From positions 28,458,001 through 28,522,000 of the forward strand of contig NC_043006.1 in the NCBI RefSeq assembly GCF_006345805.1: DNA of 64,000 nt, written 5' to 3'. The DNA comes from Octopus sinensis. Its lineage: Eukaryota. The notes below the pieces were generated by a model. That model saw only the letters and a program-made list of their open reading frames with translations, was not told the DNA's origin and made no database searches. Within the stretch, counting starts at the first letter, position 1. Each line of letters begins with the position of its first letter. Of this stretch, positions 11,201 through 24,562 are shown one piece after another. The translations under genes were made by a program, and so were the position numbers.

Positions 11201-14200
11201 TTCTTTCCAGGTAAACTGACATCTGACTGTTCAAAGAAGACTTTAAAAGTAACTGGTAGCAACTTCTCTTAAAAACTGACAAAATTTGGCATCATGGTGT
11301 TATCAAGTACCTTCAGAAAAGGGTTCTGCCCCCAAGAACATTCATGCTGACATGGTTGCTACCTTAGGGGATGATGCTTCAGCTTTATCAATAGTACAAA
11401 AGTGGGTAACTGAATTTAGAAGAGGACAGTCCGGATGTCCTGCAATGATCATCATCAAGTCTGGATGTCCTGTAATGATCATACTGAAGGATAACAGGCA
11501 ACTGCCTATAAATCAAATAGCCAATGCTATTAGTAATCGTCTGCGAGAGTTGAAAATATTCTGTACAATGAACTTGGCATGACAAATGCTTTTGCTTGGT
11601 AAGTGCCACATCTTCTGACATGTGATCAAAAGTGCACCAGGTTGATCACATCACAAGAAAATCTGACAATGTTTGATGTACGAGGGGCATTCAATAAGTA
11701 ATGCCCCTGACCCACTTCCCATAGCAGTAGAGCAACGACACTTGGCACAGTTATTAGTCTTCTTTTACATAGGAACCACCCAGAGTTATACATTTCTCCC
11801 ATCGTTTGATGCAGCTCTAGAGACCGTTTTTGTAGAAGACCCCAGCTTGGTCCTCCAACCACGACCTGACTTCAGAAATCAAGGCTGCATCATCTGGGAA
11901 ACGCTTTCCTTTCAAAAACAACTTCATGGCTGGGAAGAGGTGAAAATCCGAGGGTGCAAGGTCAGGAAAGTAGGAGTTTGGGGGAAGAGTTCATAGCCGC
12001 ACGCCTGTGCTTCTGATCTGGCGACCATCGAGTTGTGGACCGGAGCGTTGTCCTGCAGGAGGAGGATGCCTTTGCTGATCTTGCCCCGCCTCTTGATTTT
12101 GATAGCTTCTCTTAATTTCCTCAAAAGTGAAGCATAATAGGCTCCTGTAATTGTGGTACCTTTTGCCAGGAAATCTGTCATCTCTACTCCGTCCTCGTCC
12201 CAGAAGACTGTGAGCATGACCTTGCCAGCGGAGGGCTGCACCCTTGCCTTCTTTGGAGGGGGTGAGTCATGGTGCTTCCACTGCATTGACTGGGATTTGG
12301 TCACTGGATCATCGTGATGGACCCAGGTTTCATCCTGTGTAATCAGTCTTTTGAAAAATTTTGACTCATCTTCTTGGCACATCTCCAAATTCATCCTCGA
12401 GCACTCGACGCGTTCTTGCTTCTGGAAAGGTGTGAGCAACCTTGGAATCCATCTTGCAGACACATTTTGCATATGCAAATGGTCATGAATGATAGTTTCC
12501 ACAGACCCGGTACTAATCTTTACCTCATGGGCTATTTGGCGAATAGTTATGCGTCGATCTTCCAAAATGGCAGCCTCAACTTGACGGACAGATGCCTCAT
12601 CAATGGCAGAAGGAGGGTGACCAGATCTGGGGGCTGTTTCCACAGAGTTCCGACCATGTTTGAATTCACGATGCCAGCGTTTTACAAGGTCATATGATGG
12701 GGCATCATTATCATAAGTTACTTTCATTTCATCAAACGTCTCCCGTGGTGTGCGTCCTTTCAAATACAAAACCCGGATCACTGCTTGATACTCAACAGGC
12801 TCCATTTCACACTTGACTCATTTCATACACCTATAAATCAGAAACCACAATTAGTTCAAAGCTGTAATTTGCCACGTAATCTATAGAGATATGAATAATT
12901 GCACATGCAAAATTTCAGCAAGATCGAACAACAACAAGTGGGTCAGGGGCATTACTTACTGAACGTCCCTCGTAGATCCAGCTGGTTTCCTTGAAGTTTC
13001 CTGAGCCAGGATGAGTGTTGGGATTATCACTTTGAGCCAGGGACAAAGAGACAATCCATGCAATGGAAACAACTTTCCTCACCTGCTTCAAAGAAGGCCA
13101 AGGTCATTTCACCTGCAGGGAAGGTGATGGCCTCAGTTTTTGGGGATGCAAAAGGCATTGTGTTTATTGACTATGTTCAAAAGGGCCACACCTTTAATGG
13201 AGTTTCTATGCCAACTTGCTGAGGCAGTTACAAAAGACTATCAAAACCAAACTACCAGGAAAACTGATGAGAGGCATCTTGTTTCATCAGGATAATGCTC
13301 CAGCACATAGGGCCTTGGTTTTAGTGGCTGCTGTGCATGACTGTGGCTTTGAACTGGTTTATCACCTTCCCTATTTTGATTTGGCCTCATCTGACTATCA
13401 TCTGTTCCCCAACACGAAAAAACACTTGGCTGAAAACCAGTATCACAGTGATGATGACATCATATCTGCTGTTGATGATATTTTTGATCAACAAGATGAA
13501 AGCTTCTTCACCAATTGGATCCAAGCACTGCAATACTGATGGAAGAAGTGTGTAGACTGCAGGGTGTCTATGTTGAAAAATAAACCTCATTTATTCACAT
13601 TCCATGAGAATATTTTGGTCAGCCTAACCCACATACCTTCCTAGATCATTCTGACCTATCATCTTCGATGTTCCAGCCATGACCACACCATCTGTTTTAC
13701 AGACATAATATATCTGGAAATGTATACTTTTTTCAAAGTTGGTAGAGTGTTATTTGAGAGAGATTCAGCGACTATTTCTAGCAGGTAAAGTGACCACTTT
13801 AACTGCTACCCTCTAAACTGGACAAATGAGATATTGGGTTTGTATCTGTTTCTAAGTTTGGGCTCTGATGAAAAAGCTAGTAATGCAGGTTCTACTCCAA
13901 CTTCTATCAGCACTGCCACCCTAGAGGACTTTAAACAATTAATGAAGAATATTTTTATTGATGTTACTTGTAGCTGGTTTTTTCAACTAAAAGTTTTTAA
14001 TTCTCTCTCTTTATCAGCTATTTTGTTGTACCAGCTCATTTGGAGAGTTGTGTTCACAATGAAGAAAAGATGATTTTCTCTGAGAGTGCTAAGTATGTAA
14101 TGGCATGCAATGGATGGGTGATGGGTGACAACCCGTTACGTAATTTTGCTGAAGCTGGTAAGTAAATGTCTTGTTCTCTCCTTTCTTCATGTCTCTTCTG

Positions 14201-17200
14201 GTCTCCTTTTTTTCATAGACACTCTTTCTTATCTACATACTTATCTGTTTGTCTGTCTGTCTATATTTCTATCTATCTACATGTGTATCCATTCATCCTA
14301 CCATCCATCCAGCCATGTCTGACTTTCTCTCCCTAATCTTCTCACTCTTTTACCTTTTCCACCTCTTCCTTTCCTTCCTCCTCTCCTTCCATGTTCTTTT
14401 GTTCTTTTTCTGGTATTTCTCTCTTTTTCTCTTTTTTATCCTCTTCTATCTCTCCTTCTTCTCTCTAACATTCCTTTTATCCTCTTCCACCCTCCTCAGT
14501 TTTTCTATTTTTTCTCTTTCTTATTGTCCCTTCCTCACTCTTACCTTAACTATCTCTCTCTCTCTCTCTCTCTCTCGTCACCCCACACTTTAGTTTCTGT
14601 CTCTTGACTCTCTCTATCTCCCTCACTCTGCTGCACCGTAGTTTTTGTCTCTTTCTTCTTCTCTCTTTCTCTTGCTCCCTCATACCTTAGTCTCCATCTA
14701 TTCGCTCTTTCTCTCTCTTTTCACTCTTTTCCCTTCCATAACCTTACTATACTTGCAGGCAGCCAGGTCTATATACGCCGTGAACTAATCGCCTGGGGAG
14801 ACAGTGTTAAGCTGCGCTATGGTAACCAACCCGAGGATTGTCCTTACCTCTGGGATTTCATGAAGCAGTATACTGAGATTTCAGCTCGATTCGCTGATGC
14901 ATTACGCTTGGACAATTGCCATAGCACTCCAATGCATGTAGCAGAGGTAGGTAGATTTATTTTTTATTGTTCTTTATACATTGTCGTCACCGTTAAACAC
15001 CACCACATCACCTCTTTCTATTCAACTTCTCATCTATCAACCTTTGACTGCTTTCTTCTTCTCTTCTTATTCTTTTATGTTGTTCTTTCTCTTCTTCTGA
15101 CACCTTTCTATCTTTTCCAATCATCTTCTTCTCTTTTACTTCCTTTACATTCTCCTCTCTGTCAGCATCATCATCAACATCAGCATCAGCATCATCTTCA
15201 TTGTCATTGGTGTCCTTATTATCATCATTGTTGAAGGTTGGTGAGCTGGCAGAATCGTTAGCACACCAGGCAAAAGGCTTAGCAGTATTTCATCGGTCAT
15301 TACATTCTGAGTTCAAATTCTACCGAGATTGACTTTGCCTTTCATCGTTTTGAGGTCGATAAAATAAGTACCAATTGAGCACTGGGGTTGATGTAATTAA
15401 CTTACCCCATCCCCTAAAACTTCTGGGCTTACAATTCTATATTTAAGAGATGAGGAATTATATACATTATTTACATTATTTACATTTGACAGATATTTGT
15501 CCTCATCTTGTTTGTTGTTAACACAATGTTTCAGCTGATATACCCTCCAGCCTTCATCAGATGTCTTGGGGAAATTTCAAACCTGAGTTCTCATTCCTAA
15601 GGTATTTTTCGATGTTGTTGTTGTTATCATTATTATTATTATTATTATTCAGGTCACTGTATAATATGGCGTAGTGGTTAAGAGCGCGGGCTACTAACCC
15701 CAAGATTCTGAGTTTGATTCCAGGCAGTGACCCGACTAATAATAATAATAATGATAAAAATAACAATAACAACAACAACAACAACGAAAAATACCTTAGG
15801 AATGAGAACCCAGGTTCGGAATTTCCCCAACACGCTGATGAACGCTGGAGGGTATATCAGCTGAAATGTTGTGTTAACAACAAACAAGATGAGGACAAAT
15901 ATCTGTCAAATGTAAATAATGTCCTTCTGGGCTTGTACGAAAATTTGAAAACCTTATTATCATCATTATTGTAGTCATTAACTGTTCAATGAATAAGCAA
16001 TTGAATTTGATTGGGTGACTGATTTAAAAAAACTAGCAGTGTGGGTAGGCTTCCAAAGGTAGTTAACCTTAAAGGTGGAATAAACAATAATCAATAATTA
16101 AAGAATAATAATAAACAATCTTTGAGTAAAAGTGAGAAAAATGAACAGAATATATCTCGAAATAGGAATTGAAATAATTAAAAGGAATAATAGGATTGCC
16201 AAATTAGGTATCTAAAAGTAGAGATTATAATCCTTTCTACTAAAGGCACAAGGCCTGAAATTTGGTGGGAGGTGACTAGTCAATTACATCGGCCCCAGTG
16301 TTTCATTGGTACTTAATTTATCAAGCCCAAATGGATGAAAGGCAAAGTTGACCTTCACAGAATTTGAAATCAGAAATGTAAAGATGTACAAAATGCCACA
16401 AAGCATCTTGCCCAGCATGCTAATGATTCTGCCAGCTCTCTGCCTTAAAAGTTCAAATTATAAGGAAACATTAAAATAAAAGACATAGATGAGAAATTAA
16501 AATAAGTACCGTAAATCCTCAAGTATAGTTCGCCCTTGAGTATAATACGCTGGGGATTTTTAGGGGGCTGTACCTCTGTAAAACCTAAACCTTGTGTATA
16601 ATATGCACCCCTTCTCCTAACTTGAGTCGTGTGTAATTAAGCCAGCAGCGCCTGTTCGAACAAACACTTTCGCGCATGCGGAATACAATAATGGTGATGT
16701 TCTTAACTGTTATATGGGAATGTAAATATGCTTGCAAATTGTTTTTGTTACATGTCATGGTTGATGTTGGTGTTCTGAATACTTTTATTTTAATAAATGT
16801 TGCTTACTGAAAGTTATGGGTGATTCTTTTATGACTTCATTGCTTTCAGGCTTAGCTTAAGGTATTTTCGCTCCTGACATCACAAAATGCATCTGAATAA
16901 ACATTACCGGGCAGCAAATACAACCTCAGACATTGCTTAGAAAATATTTTTCATTTTTAACCTCGTATATAATACGCACTAGGGATTTTTTACCTTTAAA
17001 TTTTGGGAAAAAAATGCAGATTATTCTTGGATTTACAGTAAACAAGTATCCAAGAAATATATAATGCCACAAAAGAAAAAAGAAATGATGGCAAAAATAG
17101 GGAGAGAAGCAAAGTAAAAAGCTGAAGACAGAAAAACGGAAGGAGGGAGAAAAATAAAACAAAAAGAGGAGAGAAAGAAGAGAAAAGTAGAAGACAAGAA

Positions 17201-17576
17201 AGAAAAAATAAATAGTATAGAATATATAAAGTGTGAGGAGTGGGGGAGAAAGAGGTTAGTTTAATCTTAACGGTATCGACAATTACTGAAGTTAAGTATC
17301 GAAGATTACTGAAGTGGTGGTGGTCATGTGCTCAAAGTTGATGGCAAATTGATGGGAACAGAGAGGTGAAAAATAGAAAGAGTTAGATTATTAATAACAG
17401 AGAAAGCTTAGGAGAATAATGTAAGGCGCTTCTTCAGAAACATACCTCTCCAATTAACCCTAACCTTAACACTAGCCCTAACACTAACCCTAACCCTAAT
17501 GATAGTGGAGAGGTGCATTGCTGAAGAAACTCCTAATGTAAAAACACACATATACAGTAGGAAAATACAAGTGAAA

Positions 17577-17625
<49 letters not shown>

Positions 17626-20518
17626 AAAAGATGTATATGCATAATAATACATCTACATTTGAATGTTTGCATGAATGCATATATGTACATACTTCAATAA
17701 TCTTTGAACCGTAACAGTTTGTGAACTAATCTAGTTCGTATATATATATATATATATATATCATCATCATCATCATCATCGTTTAGCGTCCGCTTTCCAT
17801 GCTAGCATGGGTTGGACGGGTCAACTGGGGTCTGTGAAGCTGGAAGGCTTCATCAGGCCCAGTCAGATCTGGCAGTGTTTCTACGGCTGGATGCCCTTCC
17901 TAACGCCAACCACTCCGCGAGTGTAGTGGGTGTTTTTTACGTGCCACCTGCACAGGTGCCAGACAGAGCTGGCGAACGGCCACGAACGGATGGTGCTTTT
18001 ACGTGTCACCGGCACGGGGCCAGGCGATGCTGGCAACGGACACGAACGGATGGTGCTTTTACGTGCCACCGACACGGGGCCAGACAGAGCTGGCAACCGG
18101 CCACGAACGGGCAACTGGCCACGAATATATATATATTTATATATTTATTTATATATATCTATAGATAGATAGATAGATAGATAAATATAGATATGCACAA
18201 AAGTCATGCATAAAATAAGTTTAATATGCATGAAATTGAATAAAATAAATAACAATGATGAATACACATGTACTTGTACATGATGAACAAAATGAATCAT
18301 CATCATCATCATTTAGCGTCCGTTTTCCATGCTAGCATGAATAATAATAATAATAATCATCATCATTATCATCATCATCATCATCATCGGAAGAAGAAGA
18401 AGAAGAACATAGTATAAATAAAATATTGACTGTTTTGGTTCATGACTTTTGGCCCACCCTGTGTATATAAGATCTTGTAGCCTATAGTCCATGAATCAAA
18501 GCCAAGAGACTAGTCAGGGTGTTTACTACCTCTGTGTTGTGTACTTGCCTAAAGAAGATTTATTATTTCTTTGTCTCTCATTTACAGTACATGTTAGATG
18601 CTGCCCGTGCTGTCCGGCCAAACCTTTATGTTGTTGCAGAACTCTTCACCAGTAGTGAAGCAACAGACAATCTGTTTATGAACCATCTGGGCATTAATTC
18701 CTTAATTCGTGGTATGTTTCAATTTACTGTTTTTATCAATTAGTTGCACAACCTCACAATACTTTGAGTATTTAACTGAATGGTTTATTTTTCAATTATT
18801 TTTTATACTTGAGAATACCCAGAGTTTATATGCATAAATATACATACATACATGATGTGATGGCTGTACACTCGTGACCGAGGAAGACCATTGCCGACCT
18901 TCAGGAACATTGTGCGCTCTAGGACTAACTTATATTTTGCATTTGCGGCTCCGTTGGTGGCTAATGAGCCCTGCTCTTGACAAGCATACACGACTGCAAA
19001 CATTGCAGACCAAGCTTTCCCCATTCACTATACGAGCCGTGCGCTTTCATGCAGCTCGCTTAAGTTCTTCATGTTGGATACGTGCTCTCTCGAAAGTGTC
19101 GATCCCCTCCTTAACCTGCTTCCTCCATCTGTGGCGATGACAGGCATTGTTCTCCCAGTCAGTGTCCTGCATATCAAAGGCCTTTAACGAGGACTTGACA
19201 CAGTCCTTAAATCGCAGCCTTGGTTTCTGCCGGAGTCTCCTTCCATTCACAAGTTCTCCATAGAGCATCTGCTTAGGAATCCTTCTATCCTCCATTCTAA
19301 TAAGGTGTCCAGTCCAACGCAACCGGTGCTTGTGTACCATCGCCTCAATACTCAAGATATCAGCTGTCCTCAGGATCTGTGTGTCTGGAATTTTTGAGGT
19401 CCAGCCAACATTGAGAATGTGTCTGAGACATCTCTGATGAAAACGTTCAAGGACCCTTACATACATACATACATACACAGAGATACACACACACACACAC
19501 ACACACACCACACACATGCATACACACGTGTATGCATGTATAGATAATCAACATATATGTGTGTGTGTTCTCTGTACTGGCATGGGTTTGACAGTTTGAC
19601 AGGACCATCCAGTGAATGCAATGATTCATTGAATGGTCCTGAGAGAGAGAGAGAGCTAACATGTGGTTGGGTAGGTCATTGGAGTGGTGGGAAGAAAGTG
19701 GTAAGCATAATGCATGAGTAGAGTGACTCAGTGGGTGGGTGAGTGCTCAATGTAAAGTATGGGTGGAGTGAGCAATATCAATGGATGAAGAATGGGGATC
19801 AATAACCTTTGATTAATTGTCATAAATCTACAGATTTTTTTTTCTTTCCTTTCTGTTTTTCTTAATCTTCAGAATCTCTTGTTGCTTGGAATTCCCATGA
19901 ACTTGGTCGTCTTGTTCACCGCTTTGGTGGTCAGCCAGTTGGTTCATTCATTCAGCCTCAGATCCAGCCTCTTGTTAACTCTATGGCCCATGCTATTTTC
20001 TTTGACCAGACCCATGATAACCCAAGCCCTATTGAGGTAAGTGTTTTGCCCCAAGTTCCTCCTTTAACAGATTTTTTGTTCTCTCTCTTCTATACATATA
20101 TTCTTTCTCTGTTTATTCCTACATGTATATTCTGTCTCTCTCTCTATATATATATATATACATATACACAGTTTTCTGTTTCATCATCATCATTATCATC
20201 ATCATGAATGATGGAGTGTATTGAGGCAGATTGGGGCTGGATGTCCTTCCTGTTGCTGGATGTCCTTCCTAGCTCTCTAGACCTCAGTCAAAACGTCCAA
20301 TATATATATATTCTTTTATTCTTTTACTTGTTTCAGTCATTTGACTGCGGCCATGCTGGAGCACCGCCTTTAGTCAAGAAAATTGACCCCAGAACTTATT
20401 CTTTGTAAGCCTAGTACTTATTATATCTGTCTCTTTTGCCAAACTGCTAAGTTACGGGGATGTAAACACACCACCATCGGTCATCAAGGAATGTTAGGAG
20501 ACAAACACAGACACACAA

Positions 20519-20569
<51 letters not shown>

Positions 20570-23500
20570 CATATATACGACGGGTTTCTTTCAGCTTTCT
20601 GTCTACCAAATCCACTTACAAGGCTTTGGTCGGCCTGAAGTTATAGTAGAAGACACTTGACTAAAGTGCCATGCAATGGGACTGAACCTGGAACCATGTA
20701 GTTGTTAAGCAAGCTACTTATCACACTACCACACAGCCACTCCTGTGCCTATATATATATTTAATTTATATACTAGTGGTGCTCCAGCATGGCCACAACC
20801 TTAGGGCTGAAACGTATAAAAGAATAGAAGAATATTATACAGTGGAACCTCAGTTTATGAATTGAATTGTTCGTAAGCCCAAACTATTTTCCCCTTAGAA
20901 ATTCAAGAGAAGGCATGGTGAATTTGAACAGGGACTGATGTCCTGCAGCTGATACTCCCAGCTTGTGGCCAACCATTGCTGCTGGCTTGTGTGTTCCTCA
21001 CTTGAGATGTTTTATGTTAAAAAAATTGTTTGTAAACTGATTTGTTCGTGATGAGAGACATTTGTAAACTGAGGTTCCATTGTGTATGTATATACGCATA
21101 CATACATATATATACATGAACATGTATGCACATCAAGCTTCTTTCAGTTTCTGTCTACCAAATCTGCCCACAGATTTTGGTCAGCCCAGGGCTTTAGTAT
21201 TAGAAACTTGCTCAAGGTGTCATGTAGTAGGACCGAACCTGGAACCCTGTGGTTGAAAAGTGTTACTATTGCATGTTAGCCTTGTTTTCATTTTATTATT
21301 AGTCTGTATCAAAGTGATGAGCTGGTGGCCTCATTAGTGCATTTGGCAAAATTCTTAGTGACATCTGGCTGTTAATGTTCTGAGTTCAAATTCCTCCAAG
21401 ATCACCTTTGCCATTTATCCTCTCGGGTTCAATAAAACAAGGCTGGACTCAATGTAATTGACTGGCTCCCTCTTCTTAAAACTGCTGACCTCTCACCAAA
21501 ATCTGAAAACATTATTGACTTTGCCTTTCAACCTTTCAGGGTCGATTAAATAAGTACCAGTTACACACTGGGGTCAATATAATCGACTTAATCTGTTTGT
21601 CTGTTCTTGTTTGTCCTCTCTGTGTTTAGCCCCTTGTGGGTAGTAAAGAAATAGGTATTTCATCTGTTTTTATGTTCTGAGTTCAAATTCTGCCAAGGTT
21701 GACTTTGCCTTTCATCCTTTCGGGGTCGATTAAATAAGTACCAGTCAAGCATGAGTGTCAATGTAATTGACTAGCCCTGCCCCTGTTTCCCCTCTGTGTG
21801 CCTATCGTAGGGGGGATATTTAATTTGAATTGATTCAAGATGACTGGAACATATTGACAGAGAAGAATTCCCAGTTGTTCTGAGATGGAGGAAGAGAGAA
21901 AAATCTTTAGTAAAAAGAATTGCAAAGTGAAATAAACAATAGTTATCATGTAGTTGAGGAGGAGGAGGAAGAGAGATAAGTGAATGGTATAGATTTAGCA
22001 GTTTGTAGTAGTAGTAGTAGCTGCAGCAGCAGCACTATTAGTAGTAGTGGCTGCAACAGCAGCAGTAGTAGTGGTGGTGGTTGAGGGTGGGTAGCAGCAG
22101 TAGTAGTAGTAGTGGTAATGGTGGGAGGTAGCATCATCAACATGGGTAGCAGCAGCAGTAGTAATAGTAGTAGTAGCAGCAACAGCTATTGAAGTATTAG
22201 TAGTGGTACCAGTATTAATAGTAGCAGTAGTAGTGGTGGTGGTGGTGGTTGGAGTAGCTCCATTATCATCATCATCATCAGCAGCAGCAGCCGTTCAAGG
22301 ATTTGGACCTGGAAATCTCCATTTCCAGTGACTTCAAGGGCTACGTCCCAGTGGTGTCAGGCATCAACGAGGAGCCCTCGACTACAAGACGACCAAACTT
22401 GTTTTTTTTTTCCAAGGTCTGGGGTCTCCCGCCCCTAAGACCTACACCATCACCTAATCACCCTTACCGGTCTTGTTGCTTAACAACAACAACAACAAAA
22501 ATCAGCAGCAGCAGTAATAGTTGTAGTAGTAATAGTAAGAATTCAAATTCCTGGCCCTATGATAAGGGCCAGGAATTTGGTTAGTGAGGATAAATTTTTA
22601 CCTCTCAAGCAGGCAGCTACATTTTATTATAATTTTTTCAATATTTATGTAGCTTCAGCTGATGAGGGAGGAGAGGAGAGCATCTTTGACTGTACCCCTG
22701 AGTCCCTAACACTGATCAGAGATACGTGAGATGTTATTCCTTAGACAAGAGACCTTGTCTGTTTGTCTGCCATAGAGTGGACTTCTCTAATGGCACCCAA
22801 GGTGTCAGGTACTTTTGGTAAACTGGGTGAAGGATGATGTCTACCATCCAGCAACAATAACACGCCATCTGACAAGCTTCCACACAGTTTTTGTCTACCA
22901 AATTTCTATCACAAGGCTTTGGTCAACCCAAGACTATGATAGAAGAAATTTTCCAAAGATGCTGTATGTAGAGGATTGAACCTGAAGTCACATGATTGTG
23001 CTACGCTCTTCTTAACCATATAAACACGCTTGCACCCTATACTTTGCCAGGTTTATAAGCAGCACTTTAAATGTGTAACACATTTGTGTTTCATAGTTAT
23101 ATGTTGATTACTGTCTTTACCTCGTAGAAAGTGTTATTGATTAACAATGAGGGTATTATTTAATTGTGACTCTGTCTCATGCTCTCTCCCTCTGTCTCTG
23201 TTTCCTTCCCAGTGTGTCTGAAGTTAGCTGGATAAAAAAATTTTGTTATTTTTTTTTTGTCCTGTTTAACCATTTTGATAACAAACCCTTGAGTTTGTGC
23301 CTGGTCCTATGATACAAGCCTCTGTTTTAAAGTTTCCATCAAAATTGATGTTAATTTATGTTCCAGACACCAGCTTAATAACAACAAAGTTACTTTAGTA
23401 AATTTTTCATGATTTTAAAAGTTAATTGAATTAAAAGCTTAGTCTTTCAGCAGAAATATGGTAACAAAAGAGTTAATTCTAATTTCTTTTGCTTTGTTCT

Positions 23501-24270
23501 TTTTTCTTTTCTTTTCAGAAACGCAGTGTCTATGATGTTCTCCCAACAGCTGCTTTGATATCAATGGCTTGTTGTGCATCTGGAAGCAACCGTGGTTATG
23601 ATGAATTGGTACCACACCATGTAAGTGTCACTATTCTGATTCTGTCTAACTGTCCTACTCATGGCTGTATGCAATCTGGATTGTGCACAGAGTGACGAAA
23701 CCATACTACATACTCTCATTCAGTGTCCGGGCATTGCTGACTTGTGGGGTTATGTCAAATAGCTGCTGTCATGTGTAGGACGGATATATCTGTTGGCTGT
23801 GTCTGTAGTGATGATTGCACTGCCACTCTCCTTCAGTTGAGCAGGCAAAGAACTTTTCCTTTGTTTGGTGGCTATAGTGAAAGAGGTTGTTTGGTGGACA
23901 AGGCTGAAAAGCATGAGGACAGATACATTCCTCTTTGGTAGAGCTCTCATTGATGCTTTCAAGTTTCACTTGAAAAGGAAATTGAGAGTGGAGAGGGAAG
24001 TGCTGTCCTCAAGTGAGTTTATTGAGAGGTGGGTGAAAGTTGTGAAAATGGCAAGAGTGGATGGTACCTCTCTAAGTGTAGACCTGTGAATTGGAGAGAA
24101 GGAACTGGAGAGGGTACCTGCTTCTGGGGTTTCAGGGAAATCTCAGTCAGTGGGGTTCTTCAATTATCCCTAGAGGCCTTCCTGTATCAGGATGGTCACA
24201 TCTCTATCATCCTCCCTGCCACATTTTTTTTAAACCTTTGTATGCTATGCATATGTTGAAATGATTATTA

Positions 24271-24315
<45 letters not shown>

Positions 24316-24527
24316 GAGGTAGAGGTGGCAAGCTGGCAGAACCATTAGCATGCCGGGCAAAATGCTTAGCAGTATTTCATCTGCCACTATGTACATACTG
24401 AGTTCAAATTCCCCTGAGGTCGACTTTCAGGATTGATGAATTAAGTACCAGTCAAGTACTGGGGTTGATCGAATTGACTATCCCCTGCTACCCTCAAATT
24501 CCAGGCCTTGTGCCTATAGTAGAAAGA

Positions 24528-24562
<35 letters not shown>

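Noticed and set aside
15667-15730. tRNA-like sequences (also 3121, 6042, 24655, 43937)
   Set aside because: These are SINE heads with A/B boxes but no complete acceptor stem, so they are not tRNA genes.
17835-17860. CUGAUGA on the minus strand in an RTE-tail element
   Set aside because: Other copies read CTGGTGCAGCC at this position and no GAAA follows the stem, so it is a chance mutation rather than a hammerhead.
21946-22300. Poly-L/T/V/YI/CV ORFs in the supplied track (also 1363, 32124, 48241 and others)
   Set aside because: They are translations of microsatellites and low-complexity tracts.
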